64,000 nt of DNA, from NCBI GenBank assembly GCA_038889075.1, contig JAWAHS010000001.1, positions 279,764 to 343,763 of the forward strand, given 5' to 3'. Under the pieces are notes generated by a model. It saw only the letters and a list, made by a program, of their open reading frames with translations. It searched no databases and had not been told where the DNA came from. The DNA comes from Ignisphaera sp. (GTDB taxonomy: Archaea; Thermoproteota; Thermoprotei_A; Sulfolobales; Ignisphaeraceae). Position 1 is the first letter of the stretch. The number at the start of each line of letters is the position of its first letter. Shown in pieces: positions 1-11,341 of this stretch. Position numbers and translations under genes: made by a program.

Positions 1-118
1 CACCTGCTATCTGCATACCGTGTGTTACAGATCTTAACGAAGTAAGAAACAGGTAGCTATATAAAGACTTTTAAGCGTACACTATAGAATGTCTTAGCTG
101 TATTAGGTTGGAGAAACC

Positions 119-787
119 ATGTCTAGTGCTACAAGAAAGTTTAGATTAACTGGTAGGGAGAGGTGGAGAGTAAAGAAGTGGTATAGTATACTGGCTCCAC
201 CAAGCTTCGGCTCAGTAGTAGTTGCTACAACACCTGCTGATGAACCCTGGAAGCTTCTTGGAAGAAACACTGAGGTGACGCTATACGATCTAACAGGCGA
301 TATAACCCAGGTTCACATCCATCTATACTTCCAGATATGGAAGGTGGAGGGCGAAAACGCCTACACGATTTTCAAGGGACACGAGCTTGCTAGAGACTAT
401 GTAAGGAGTCTAACTAGAAGGAAAAGCAGTAGAATTACTGCAATCTTTAACGTTACTACAAAGGATGGCTATCTCCTTAGGCTAACAGTGATGGCCTGGA
501 CCACTTATAAGTGTAATACCAGTCAGCAACATGCAATTAGAAAGATTTTAATGGATGTAACATCAAATATAGCATCTACAAAGACCTTTGACGAATTTGT
601 TGTAGGTATAGTCTTTGGAGATTATGTACAGCAGATATTTAATGAGGCTAAGAGGATATATCCTCTAAGAAAGGTGGAGTTCGTTAAGTCAAAGCTTATT
701 GCAGTACCTACACCCGAGGGTCCTAAAAAGGCTGTGATAATTCCTAAGCCAGGGGCTTTAGAAGCTCCGTATGCTACAAGCCTCTAA
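119..787 (+). CDS. rps3ae: 30S ribosomal protein S3Ae (eS1)
   Basis: ERWRVKKWYSILAP, GRNTEVTLYDLTGD, DYVRSLTRRKSSRI and IYPLRKVE motifs of archaeal eS1. Confidence 0.97.
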   Translation: MSSATRKFRLTGRERWRVKKWYSILAPPSFGSVVVATTPADEPWKLLGRNTEVTLYDLTGDITQVHIHLYFQIWKVEGENAYTIFKGHELARDYVRSLTRRKSSRITAIFNVTTKDGYLLRLTVMAWTTYKCNTSQQHAIRKILMDVTSNIASTKTFDEFVVGIVFGDYVQQIFNEAKRIYPLRKVEFVKSKLIAVPTPEGPKKAVIIPKPGALEAPYATSL

Positions 788-855
788 TCTAGATTCTACC
801 TACCGGTTTTAAATTCTGTCGCAGAGTGTATTACAATATATTTGGTGTGTAGTCT

Positions 856-2106
856 GTGATAGGTATTTTGCTAGCTGCGGGTAGAGGTAGGAGACTCGCA
901 CCTCTTACAGAAACTAGACCCAAGGTTCTGTTACCCATAGCTGGTAAGCCCATTATATACAGACCTCTATTATTTTTAAAGCGTTTGGGGATATCCAAGG
1001 TGGTTGCCGTTGTCCATTACATGAAAGATATGGTTATAGATTACATTAGGAGGATATCAGATGAGCTTTATATGGATGTCGATTTTGTTGACCAGGGTGC
1101 TGAGCTGGGTACTGGTGATGCTGTTAGAAAGGCTATTGATAGAGAGCTAGACGATGCGGTTATTATCTATGGAGATCTCTATATAGATGTAGACAGCGTT
1201 GTACAGAGGCTTTCACAGGTAGTTGGTAGTGAAGCTAATATTGTTACAGGTGTATATGTAGATGATATATCTAGATACGGCTGTATTGTTGCTAGTGATG
1301 GTAGAGTTGTTGATTTAGTTGAAAAGCCTGCTGAGGGTGGTAGGGGAATCGCTAATGCAGGTATATACATACTGAAATCGCACATTCTCGAGCTTGTAGG
1401 TGAGATCGATATTTCTCCTAGAGGCGAATATGAATTTACAGATATTATTAGGTTGGGTAGGGCTAGGGGATACGAATTTAGCTGTATCACCATCGATTCC
1501 GAATCCTGGCACGATGTAGGCTATCCATGGGATCTTCTAAATGTTAATAAAATTGAGCTTAGCAAGCTTAGGGAAAAGATCATAAAGGGTGAGGTAGAAT
1601 CCTGTGCCACAATCAAGGGGTCTGTACACATCGATGAAGGAGCGTCCATAAAAGGCTGCTCATATATAGAGGGGCCAGTTTATATAGGTAGAAACGTCAC
1701 CGTAGGTCCAAACTCATACATAAGACCGTACACCACGGTCATGGATGGTGCATATATAGGATTCTCTGTGGAAGTTAAAGAGAGTATAGTAATGGAGAAT
1801 ACCCATGCAGCACACCTCACATACATAGGTGATAGCATACTTGCAGAAAACATAAACCTGGGAGCGGGCACCATAATAGCAAACCTCAGACTCGATGATA
1901 AAACTGTGAAACTCCTAATAGATGGCAAGAAAATTGATAGCAAAAGAATAAAAATGGGTGCTGTCATTGGAGGATACACAAAAACAGGTGTAAACGTATC
2001 TATAATGCCGGGGGTTAAAATAGGATCCCACTCAATCATCTACCCAGGAGTAACAGTATACAAAGATGTACCACCACATACCATCGTAAAAGAAAACTGG
2101 ATGTAA
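856..2106 (+). CDS. Bifunctional sugar-1-phosphate nucleotidylyltransferase/acetyltransferase (archaeal GlmU-like)
   Basis: N-terminal LAAGRGRRLAPLT..RPK, VEKP and SPRGEYEFTD motifs; C-terminal hexapeptide beta-helix repeats. Confidence 0.92.
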   Translation: MIGILLAAGRGRRLAPLTETRPKVLLPIAGKPIIYRPLLFLKRLGISKVVAVVHYMKDMVIDYIRRISDELYMDVDFVDQGAELGTGDAVRKAIDRELDDAVIIYGDLYIDVDSVVQRLSQVVGSEANIVTGVYVDDISRYGCIVASDGRVVDLVEKPAEGGRGIANAGIYILKSHILELVGEIDISPRGEYEFTDIIRLGRARGYEFSCITIDSESWHDVGYPWDLLNVNKIELSKLREKIIKGEVESCATIKGSVHIDEGASIKGCSYIEGPVYIGRNVTVGPNSYIRPYTTVMDGAYIGFSVEVKESIVMENTHAAHLTYIGDSILAENINLGAGTIIANLRLDDKTVKLLIDGKKIDSKRIKMGAVIGGYTKTGVNVSIMPGVKIGSHSIIYPGVTVYKDVPPHTIVKENWM

Positions 2107-2175
2107 AAACAAAGATAGAGATAAACACTTTTAACCAGAGCTTCTATCTCCAGAATACAAGTAGTAGACACACGA

Positions 2176-2254
2176 GCGGCGGTCGTCTAGCCTGGTCTAG
2201 GACGCCGGCCTGCCAAGCCGGAGATCCCGGGTTCAAATCCCGGCCGCCGCACCA
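2176..2254 (+). tRNA. tRNA-Gly(GCC), CCA encoded
   Basis: GCGGCGG/CCGCCGC acceptor stem, anticodon arm CCGGC-CTGCCAA-GCCGG, GGTTCAAATCC T-loop, ends ACCA. Confidence 0.98.
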
Positions 2255-2628
2255 AACAATAGAATGCACCCAACCTCTTTCAGATGCTTACTGAAGACAT
2301 ATTGCATGCGATGGACATCAGATACGCAAAGACGGGAGCATCTATCAGAGTCAACGATCTCTACAAATCCTAGGAATAGAAAGAAGCGGGCACTAGATAT
2401 AATTACTACTATATGTGCTTCCAGCTGATTTAGGTGACAAACCTATGCAGAATTACACCATATCCTAGACCTTCGGGTTCCGTGTATAGAGGGTTCGTTA
2501 TACCACTACTGCAGAAATTTAAAATTACTAGTGCTTTCCATAGACGTCTGTAGCTAGGTCAGGCCTACCTTTAACCCTTTCAACAATATTTGTATCTACT
2601 ATGATGTCTTTAATGTTTTTAACAATAC

Positions 2629-2895
2629 TTAAGGCAGAGTCTTGCAACTGTTTACTCCAAATAGTACGAGAAGTTTTCTATCATTGTACTCGACAACTAT
2701 TTTCCTATCTTTGGGATGGGTATTTGAAACACTCAGTATTTCTGTCAACACCTTGATTACTAGATATAGTTCGTAGAGTTTCCAAGAAAGAAACCTTAAA
2801 TAGTCTTTAACTTGTTGGCGAAGTTCCATATCTCTTAACATCCTCATGTGATCAATAACCGTCACTGCTTCATCTAGTTCATTAGAAATTTTCAA
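2629..2895 (-). CDS. Hypothetical protein, possibly a fragment
   Basis: 88 aa ORF only; no recognised motif. Confidence 0.35.
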   Translation of the reverse strand: MKISNELDEAVTVIDHMRMLRDMELRQQVKDYLRFLSWKLYELYLVIKVLTEILSVSNTHPKDRKIVVEYNDRKLLVLFGVNSCKTLP

Positions 2896-3119
2896 CCTTT
2901 TTACATAATTGAATTGATATTGAAACTCATTTCTGTTTTCATTTCCTTGCAGAGTCTCTTTGAACGATGCTGTCTAAACTAAGCAACTCTTTCTCGATGC
3001 TATCGCTCACCAATTCGGGTGAATCTATAGATATCCTTTATATATAATATATGCAAAGTAAAGAGCTTAACTTATGTGTAGCATATAGAGATCTGTAGTG
3101 ATTTATCGAACCTAGAGTT

Positions 3120-3260
3120 GGCTCCCCTCCCGACCTTACTTCACCCATACAAGGATGTCCATTCAGTAACCGATGTTCATATGTTACCAAGATTTGCTTG
3201 AAGGAATCTCCTCAAGTAAGATTTGGTGGTAGACTTGTCTACTGTCACATAGGAGGATGA
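3120..3260 (+). pseudogene. C-terminal remnant of an oligopeptide ABC ATPase (DppD/OppD-like)
   Basis: Manual translation GSPPDLTSPIQGCPFSNRCSYVTKICLKESPQVRFGGRLVYCHIGG* matches the Cys-rich C-terminal domain; the rest of the gene is absent. Confidence 0.8.
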
Positions 3261-4070
3261 GTACTTTGAAGGAGCTTTTAAAGGTTGAGAACCTCAGCAA
3301 GGTATTCATGATAGGCCTCTTTACCAAGAGAGTAGTAGAAGCTGTAGCTGGTGTCAGCTTTTCAATAAATGGGGGAAATAGTATCACTTGTAGGTGAGAG
3401 TGGCTCCAGCAAGACTACCACAGCTAAGATGATACTAAGGCTAGAGAGGCCCACCTCGGGAAGAATTCTGTTCAATGGAAAGGATGTCTGGAATGATCTC
3501 AGAACATATGAGGATGTTCTATGGTACAGGAGGATGGTGCAGGGCATTATCCAGGATCCTTATGGTGCTTTCAATGCCTTCTATAGGGTTGATCGAGTCT
3601 TTAAACAGATGTTTAAATTTCTCCCACAGGAGCTGGAACCTGAAAAAAGATGGAAGGCTACTGCTAAGGCTTTACGGGAAGTTGGGCTTAACCCGCACCA
3701 CATACTGGGTAAGTACCCCCATGAACTTTCAGGGGGTGAGAAACAGCGTGTAATGATAGCGCGAGCCCTACTCATTAATCCTATGCTTCTGGTAGCAGAT
3801 GAACCTGTGTCCATGCTTGATGCAACACTTCGCTCGGGAATACTGAAGCTATTGATGAAGCTACGTGATGAGAGGGGTTTATCGATACTCTTCATCACCC
3901 ATGACATGGGGCTAGCACACTATGTTTCCGATAGGATACTTGTTATGTATAAGGGAAGAATAGTTGAGGAGGGGACGCCTAATGAAATCATAGAGTCTCC
4001 AAAGCATCCATATACCAAGAGACTAATCTATGACATACCACTACTCTACAGAAAATGGGGTGACATATAA
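3257..4070 (+). pseudogene. Oligopeptide/sugar ABC ATPase (DppF/OppF-like), frameshifted
   Basis: MSTLKELLKVENLSKVF...AVAGVSFSI begins at 3257 and shifts +1 near the G5 run (~3371) into ORF 3369..4070; Walker A is GESGSSKT (G>S); LSGGEKQR and ADEP are present. Confidence 0.85.
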
Positions 4071-4415
4071 TACATTATTATTATGAAGAACTGTCTAGAG
4101 AATACCGAAACATTCTGTCACACTCTTATATCAAGCTCTATATCACTATATTCACTCTATCTGACATAGTGCTCAACACCTTCCATATATTAGCTCACCA
4201 TATGTTATATTATGGTGAATAGCAAATATAGCCAGAGTGAATGCGGCATCCGATATTTTAGTGGAAGGGAGTTGAGATAGATAAGTAAAAATCTTTAAAC
4301 TAGTGTGGAGGATTTCTGGAAGAGTTAAAAGAATAGCATCCTGATAAACTTTTTAAATATAGTAAAAAGGTTTAAAATATAATAAGAATCCGCATCCAGT
4401 AAGCGGAATATGTGA

Positions 4416-5291
<876 letters not shown>

Positions 5292-5409
5292 TTTGAGATG
5301 GGAAATCCCACACCAATTCAACTACCTATTTTTAAAATGGTTATAGCATTAGCGGAATTTCCTATTTAAAAGATAGACCTTGCTTATCCACAATAGAGAT
5401 TCCTTTCAG

Positions 5410-5820
5410 CTATTCTTCAAACTTGATTATCTTTTCAAACACTCTCACAATAGTAAACACCACAGCAAAGCTTACAACCAACCGTAGCACTGGTCCAAAT
5501 TCAAAGGCAACACTTAGCCCACTCCCTCCCAGAGGTAGTTCAATGACTCCTACACCTGCAATACTCAGTAGTAGGCCTATGCCTAGAAGAGATTGGAGCG
5601 ATACAAATACTACTCCTACCGGTGCCTTGACGCTAGATGCAACAATTCCAAATACTATGAATATGCATAATATGAATATGGTTTTAAGTGGATCAATAGG
5701 TAGCATAGGTACCTTTAAAACTACTGAGAAAAACCGTGGTAGCAAAATAACATACAATGTATAGTATGCTACGCCTTCTACGAATCCCAAGGCTATATTT
5801 TTGATACGCCTAGGAATCAC
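5410..5820 (-). CDS. Hypothetical membrane protein (about 4 TM)
   Basis: Hydrophobic 136 aa ORF; last gene of a three-gene minus-strand cluster. Confidence 0.7.
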   Translation of the reverse strand: MIPRRIKNIALGFVEGVAYYTLYVILLPRFFSVVLKVPMLPIDPLKTIFILCIFIVFGIVASSVKAPVGVVFVSLQSLLGIGLLLSIAGVGVIELPLGGSGLSVAFEFGPVLRLVVSFAVVFTIVRVFEKIIKFEE

Positions 5821-5842
5821 ACTTCAACTCGCCTATGTACTG

Positions 5843-6060
5843 CCTTGTGTAACTGTTTCTGATTTTATATCGGTTTATATCGGCTATAGAGCTTAAAACC
5901 GTTTCCACTATCTTCACTATTGAAATATAGTGATGTATTCGATGAGAGTACTAGGGCGCGCCCTTGAACGTCTTTAAGCCCGATGAGAACCCGAGAGAGA
6001 TGCGGGGAAACGATATGAAGCAATGACAAAAACCCGTATAAATCGATGCAAGAGCTGAAA
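5843..6060 (+). mobile_element. Mini-element copy C (degenerate non-autonomous IS607-like/omegaRNA-like element)
   Basis: Starts GCC|TTGTGTAACTGTTTC like copies A and B; contains AAGCCCGATGAGAACCCGAG (identical in copy B), ATGCGGGGAAAC and AGAGCTGAA. Confidence 0.75.
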
Positions 6061-6415
6061 ATCTCAGTCTATATAGTCCAGCTATGCTAAACTCTATCTT
6101 TTTTAAACCTTTCTCCAGCTCCTTCCTTGAAATAGCTACTTCTTTAACATGTTCTCCTCTAATTATACTGCCAAAAAGAATCTCCCTATCTCCGATACAT
6201 ATTCTAACCTCTTTTAGAGGTACATTTGAGCAGTAGCTAATATATATTCTAACCTCTATACTTTCATAGTCAACGGGCCTCTGCTCCACAACATCTATCT
6301 TAAAACATGCTGGATTTTCAAGTACACCAGATACAAACTCTATTAATGGTAGTAGAACCACTATCAGTGAAAATACCGCTACCAACATCAAGGTATATCT
6401 TAGAATTATAAACAA
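5951..6415 (-). CDS. Hypothetical membrane-anchored protein; C-terminus reads into mini-element copy C
   Basis: N-terminal TM helix; the last ~35 codons are the antisense of the inserted element. Confidence 0.65.
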   Translation of the reverse strand: MFIILRYTLMLVAVFSLIVVLLPLIEFVSGVLENPACFKIDVVEQRPVDYESIEVRIYISYCSNVPLKEVRICIGDREILFGSIIRGEHVKEVAISRKELEKGLKKIEFSIAGLYRLRFSALASIYTGFCHCFISFPRISLGFSSGLKTFKGAP

Positions 6416-6430
6416 GGCTCACCCCTACTA

Positions 6431-6742
6431 CTATCTGTATTCAATCCCAAATGTAGGTTCCTTAGCTTCAATTTTAAATGACTCTATACCATATTTCAGC
6501 AGAACACCTCCACCCCAGACCATTACACCCAGGAATCCGAGCCTTACAGTTATCTCCACCAGCGTATACATGAGCTTGGTAATGGTCTCTTCAAGAGAGG
6601 GGCTGGTGAACTCTGGAATTCTATAGCCATAGAATGATGCGCAGGCTATTACAGCTGCTACAACTATAATCATAGCACCTACTACTATAAGGCCAGTTCC
6701 GATATATCTATAAATAGGCTTTTCTAACATAGCGCCAACCAC
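6431..6742 (-). CDS. Hypothetical 2-TM membrane protein
   Basis: Two hydrophobic segments; operon-like spacing with the downstream genes. Confidence 0.7.
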   Translation of the reverse strand: MVGAMLEKPIYRYIGTGLIVVGAMIIVVAAVIACASFYGYRIPEFTSPSLEETITKLMYTLVEITVRLGFLGVMVWGGGVLLKYGIESFKIEAKEPTFGIEYR

Positions 6743-7049
6743 CTATAATAGTACAAAACCAAGTTATATACATACTTCAAATTCGTGATATTCTGTACAT
6801 ACTGAAGGCAGCTGTATTCAGAAAAGGATGGAAATATAATCACATATTACATCACGATACCAGTATATAGGTTTTTGAATCAATTTATATGATTCTCGAC
6901 AATCGTTATAGCACATAATTTTAGACGAATCAGATTTACACCAAAGGATCTCATAGAAAGAGCTACCTTAGCATGCAAAGCAGTGCTAGATAGTATACAG
7001 CTTTTTAAGACGAGGTCCTAATAAAGTAGTTTTTCTAGGGATTTAGTAT

Positions 7050-7349
7050 ATGTCTATGTGTATAGATACACAATTGAACTATTTTGGCTCGAAGATAAGG
7101 GTCAGCGTATATACAATCTCTACAACTATCTGTGAAGAGGTGAAGAATTTGATAGAAAGTGGAAGATGGCAGTTCGATGGTTTACTAAAAGTTGCAGAAA
7201 CTCATGATGGATGCCTCATCGGCTCGGAGAAACCATTAGAGGTAAATACACATGATGGAGCTGTAAAGATTGTTGCAGAACCGGGAAGCCTCTTTATAGA
7301 TTTGTACTGGGGTTCGGTAGTAGATAGGGTACATAGTGTGTGTCGCTAA
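7050..7349 (+). CDS. Hypothetical protein
   Basis: 99 aa ORF preceded by a TATA-like TTTTTAAG. Confidence 0.55.
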   Translation: MSMCIDTQLNYFGSKIRVSVYTISTTICEEVKNLIESGRWQFDGLLKVAETHDGCLIGSEKPLEVNTHDGAVKIVAEPGSLFIDLYWGSVVDRVHSVCR

Positions 7350-7409
7350 ACCATAGTCTATCATAGGTAAAAGTAGAACGGCAACGCTTATACGTGTAAA
7401 ACACAACTA

Positions 7410-8105
7410 TATGCAGTAAATCTACCTAATGGATAGCATGAGAAGGAACTCATTAGTAGTATAGAATTGAATGAAGCTAAATCCATATGAGGCAACGATG
7501 AGACAACAATAGAATTAACCAGAATGACTGTCCATAGACAGGGGATAGGAAATGTTTTAACCGAAGGTGTAACCAGAGTATTAAAGATTATAGGCAAGGA
7601 CTCTGTATACTACATCCCCCATGTAAAAGAATTCAAAGTTTCAGCACATGGGGCCAATCACCTTAGACCCCTCACTACATTAGATAAACCGGGAGCTATA
7701 GAAATATAGCTATTGAACGGTTTGAAGCTGGAGTAATTAATGACATGTGTAGTAGGTTATCTGAAAAGCATAATGGGTTTATAGCAAAGGATCAGGAAGA
7801 TCTCTTCGCACTAGCGGATTCCATTATAATGTACAAATATGGTACAGTGTGGTCTCCTATGTACTATTTTAATTTCATGACTAGACTTCTCTATCCTCTA
7901 ACATATATTGAAGAGTTGAGAAGTATAAGATACTTGAAGCAAGCTGAATTGTCAATTTGAAGAGGTGCTTTAATCTTAGAAAGGGTATTGGAAGAGAATC
8001 TCTAGACGCTTTGCTGAGGAACCTATGCCCATAGGCCCTCCTAAAGGTCGTGTCTGTAATCTAGAGCCTATGCTTAGAGAACACTACTTGTATAGACGCT
8101 GGAAT
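7410..8105 (+). pseudogene. Decayed aldehyde:ferredoxin oxidoreductase (AOR family), C-terminal half
   Basis: Fragments GNDETTIEL..HRQGIGNVLTEGV..HVK, GANHLRP, QEDLFALADS and FNLRKGIGRE..RRFAEEPMPIGPPKGRVCNLEPMLREHY..RRW, separated by stops and frameshifts. Confidence 0.8.
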
Positions 8106-8326
8106 GTTTTGCTAGAAAATATAAAGAGGGTTGTAGAAAAGTACCGTTAGGTATGTGATTGTATTAGTTAATGGAGAGGTTATGTATATCGATGTAGAAA
8201 TCTCTAGATGAAAATGAAGCTATCTATAGAGGTATTCTAGACCGTGGAAAATCCTCAGCAGCTAGCAATAGCATAAAAAATTCTCAATTTATTACATTTT
8301 TATCAATCCATTAACTATAGCAGATA

Positions 8327-9214
8327 CTAGCTCCCTGATTCCATCGTAGCACTCATCACTACATTTTCAAATGTACATACAAGTTTATATCCTCCTCCAG
8401 TAAGTATTTTTACTTCTAATAGCACGCTCCAGTACATTCCATCCCTAAACATATCTATAGTCCTTTCCACAACTACACCCCTAGACAGCTCGTCGATTAC
8501 ACTTAGTGTTACCACTCTTCTACTGGTATTGCTGGTGTCGAATATCCAAATCCAAACCCATGCTACAGTTGGAGATACTCTACCTACTAGCATTGAATAG
8601 GATCTAGTTGAGTTCTGGGCAACTATCCAGCCATCAGTATGCTCAGGCTTGATTCCAATAACTCTAATACAGGGTAGGGTTTCAACATCTAGAACCGAAC
8701 TATCATTAAGAGCCTCACTGTGTTCAAGAAGTAGCCTCAAATGAAATCTGCCAGTACCACCGGCATACCATCGCATAATGAATGTAGCGTTATACACCCC
8801 TTCTTCAGTAGTTAACGGTACATCGTAGCCCGGTATCACCATTAATATCCTATAGCAGGGCTCTCCTATTGCCACCAAACACGGCATTGCTATCCTATAG
8901 CTATTTGTGATGGAGTCTAGCTGTAGCTCGCCACTTAGAAGAAGTGTAAAGTTCCCTTCATAGCTAACTAGATCAGCCTTAACAATCGTATTGCCTCTGG
9001 ATATATAAACATTACCTAGATTCACTATCTTCTCTCCCCTTCTATCATCTATATCAATGTCAACGTCTATCACAGTAACATTCGACTTAACATTCACGGT
9101 ACCTCTTACATTAACTTCAAGTATATATTTTAGTTGTAGAGCTATTGTTACCAGGCTTGCTGTGGCTATAACCGCTACCATTAGGATTATACACACGAAA
9201 GCTTCCCTTCGCAT
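8327..9214 (-). CDS. Hypothetical membrane-anchored or secreted beta-rich protein
   Basis: N-terminal hydrophobic helix; 295 aa. Confidence 0.7.
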   Translation of the reverse strand: MRREAFVCIILMVAVIATASLVTIALQLKYILEVNVRGTVNVKSNVTVIDVDIDIDDRRGEKIVNLGNVYISRGNTIVKADLVSYEGNFTLLLSGELQLDSITNSYRIAMPCLVAIGEPCYRILMVIPGYDVPLTTEEGVYNATFIMRWYAGGTGRFHLRLLLEHSEALNDSSVLDVETLPCIRVIGIKPEHTDGWIVAQNSTRSYSMLVGRVSPTVAWVWIWIFDTSNTSRRVVTLSVIDELSRGVVVERTIDMFRDGMYWSVLLEVKILTGGGYKLVCTFENVVMSATMESGS

Positions 9215-9538
9215 AATATATCGCCTAGATTTATTCCGTATCTCTTTCTATCTATAACTCTAATCTCTACACACCTCTGTTCAGTAAACTGAACACTCCT
9301 TACATAGAACACAAATTCTACTAAAATTTTGAAGAACTGTAGATATCCATTAAAATGTAGTATGGATGTATATCTAAACATTTGCAAGAAAGAACATGGT
9401 AGCAAAAGTGAAAGAATTCATTAGCTGTTGGTAGGCTTTGAAAGGCTTCTTCAGGTTTCCAACGATCTCGTAGTTGTTAAAAAGAAGTTGCACAATGGAA
9501 TTGCCTTATAGAATGTAAAATGTGCATGAAGATTGGTA

Positions 9539-10627
9539 CTATAGCCGTACTATTTTCTGCAGCATCTCTATCGCACATTCTATTGTTTCAATTTTTGATG
9601 GAGGGTGAAATTCTAGGTAGAGCATGAAACCCCCTCTAGGATCTCTAAAAACGTTAACAACATTCCTCAAATAGTCCTCCACCTCTGATGGCGATCCAAA
9701 CGCTAGCAACCTTCTGTCAATATCTAGATCAATACATACTCTATTCTTTAGTTTAACTATATTCTCTATTCTATTGGGCCTATCTTGAATGTTTAGAATA
9801 TCTACCCCCGTCCCCAATATTAAATTCCATAGCTCAACTATCCTACCATCTGAGTGGAGGCGTACTAGTGAACCTCCAGCCTTCACCTCATTAAAGAGCT
9901 TTATATACGCTGGATATAGAAATTCCTTGAATTGTGCTGGACTTATTAATGGTCTATCCTCTGCTCCTAGATCATCACCAAAATAGAAAACATCTATACC
10001 ACTAAACCCCGTTCTGTAGATTCTTACCAACTCTATATAGTAGTCTGCAAGCATATCAATAAGTTTATACAATTTATCTATTCTCTTATACATATCAATG
10101 GCCAGATTCCTAAAACCACGTAGATATAGAAGCCTTAGAAAGAGGAAACCGTGGGGAAGCCAAGCTACTACAGGGAGTCCTCTCTCCCTAGCCCTTTCCA
10201 TATTGCTGAAAATCTCATCCCAAGGTACCACAGTCTTAGGTTCACCACTCTCGGTAGGCACACCTATATGGGGATCGGGTAGCTTAAAATCCTCAAGATC
10301 GCCCCAACTACCCAAAGGATGTTTAATAACTTCACCAATATAACCATCTATTCGTGTTCTCCAAACACATCCAAATGCATCAACCTTATACCTATCAATT
10401 AGAGATGTTTCATACTGATGCTCATATTCTTCAATACTACCTCCACAAAAGAATATAGGATGCTTTACTACTATGTTCTTAAGTCTCTCTCTATACAAAC
10501 TCCAAACAGGACGAAATATGGATATAAGGGTAGGTATAAATCTAGGATAACTGAACCTCGCTGCTCTTAAGTAATTATCCCTGAGATTCAGATTGGCAAT
10601 ACTGTTCATGTTATCTAATTTACCCAC
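9539..10627 (-). CDS. UroD/MtaA-CmuA superfamily protein
   Basis: DAFGCVW, LRGF, FGDDLG, LISP..FKEFLYP and HSDG motifs. Confidence 0.85.
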   Translation of the reverse strand: MGKLDNMNSIANLNLRDNYLRAARFSYPRFIPTLISIFRPVWSLYRERLKNIVVKHPIFFCGGSIEEYEHQYETSLIDRYKVDAFGCVWRTRIDGYIGEVIKHPLGSWGDLEDFKLPDPHIGVPTESGEPKTVVPWDEIFSNMERARERGLPVVAWLPHGFLFLRLLYLRGFRNLAIDMYKRIDKLYKLIDMLADYYIELVRIYRTGFSGIDVFYFGDDLGAEDRPLISPAQFKEFLYPAYIKLFNEVKAGGSLVRLHSDGRIVELWNLILGTGVDILNIQDRPNRIENIVKLKNRVCIDLDIDRRLLAFGSPSEVEDYLRNVVNVFRDPRGGFMLYLEFHPPSKIETIECAIEMLQKIVRL

Positions 10628-10651
10628 TAGTGTGATGTACCCTATATCTAA

Positions 10652-11332
10652 CTAATCCTTAACCTCCTTCTCCTCTACTAGTTTTCTGCATATTTCTACT
10701 GCTTTGTATGCGTTTTCTCCATATGCATCTGCACCTATCTCTCTAGCAAATTTCTCTGTTATTGGTGCACCACCAACAATTATCTTAACCTTTTCTCTTA
10801 GACCTTCCCTCTTAAGGGCATCTATAACACTCTTCATATGCATCATTGTTGATGTTAGTAGTGCTGACATTCCAACTATGTCAGGGCTGTACTGCTTTAT
10901 AGCCTCTACAAATTTCTGTGGAGGTACATCAACACCCAGATCTATAACCTCGAAACCATTTGCCTCTAGAAAGGTTGCAACAAGATCTTTACCAATACTA
11001 TGAATATCACCGTACACCGTTCCTATGACAATCCTACCTAAAGGTCTAGCATACCTCTGCTCTAGAATTCTAGGCTTTAAAATAGCCATAGCCTCCTTGA
11101 AAATTTCGGCAGCAACAATTAGATCAGCAACAAAATACTCACCCTTCTCATACCTTTCACCGACAATCCTCATACCATCTGCAAGAGCATCAACAATAGA
11201 TTTAACATCAATATTGTTATTCAAAGCTTCACCAACATAACCTAAGGTTGAATCTAGATCAAGATTAGCAAGCGAATCCCTAATTCTATCCAACAGATTA
11301 ATCATATAAATCACTACCGAATCTCTCACCAA
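10652..11332 (-). CDS. Corrinoid (B12-binding) protein, MttC/MtaC-like
   Basis: GTVYGDIHSIGK (DxHxxG), DLGVDVP, MSALLT and IVGGAP motifs. Confidence 0.93.
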   Translation of the reverse strand: MVRDSVVIYMINLLDRIRDSLANLDLDSTLGYVGEALNNNIDVKSIVDALADGMRIVGERYEKGEYFVADLIVAAEIFKEAMAILKPRILEQRYARPLGRIVIGTVYGDIHSIGKDLVATFLEANGFEVIDLGVDVPPQKFVEAIKQYSPDIVGMSALLTSTMMHMKSVIDALKREGLREKVKIIVGGAPITEKFAREIGADAYGENAYKAVEICRKLVEEKEVKD

Positions 11333-11341
11333 TTTAAGAAT

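Noticed and set aside
3360-3380. Programmed frameshift in the ABC ATPase
   Set aside because: The Walker A mutation and deleted partner genes point to pseudogenisation or a homopolymer error.
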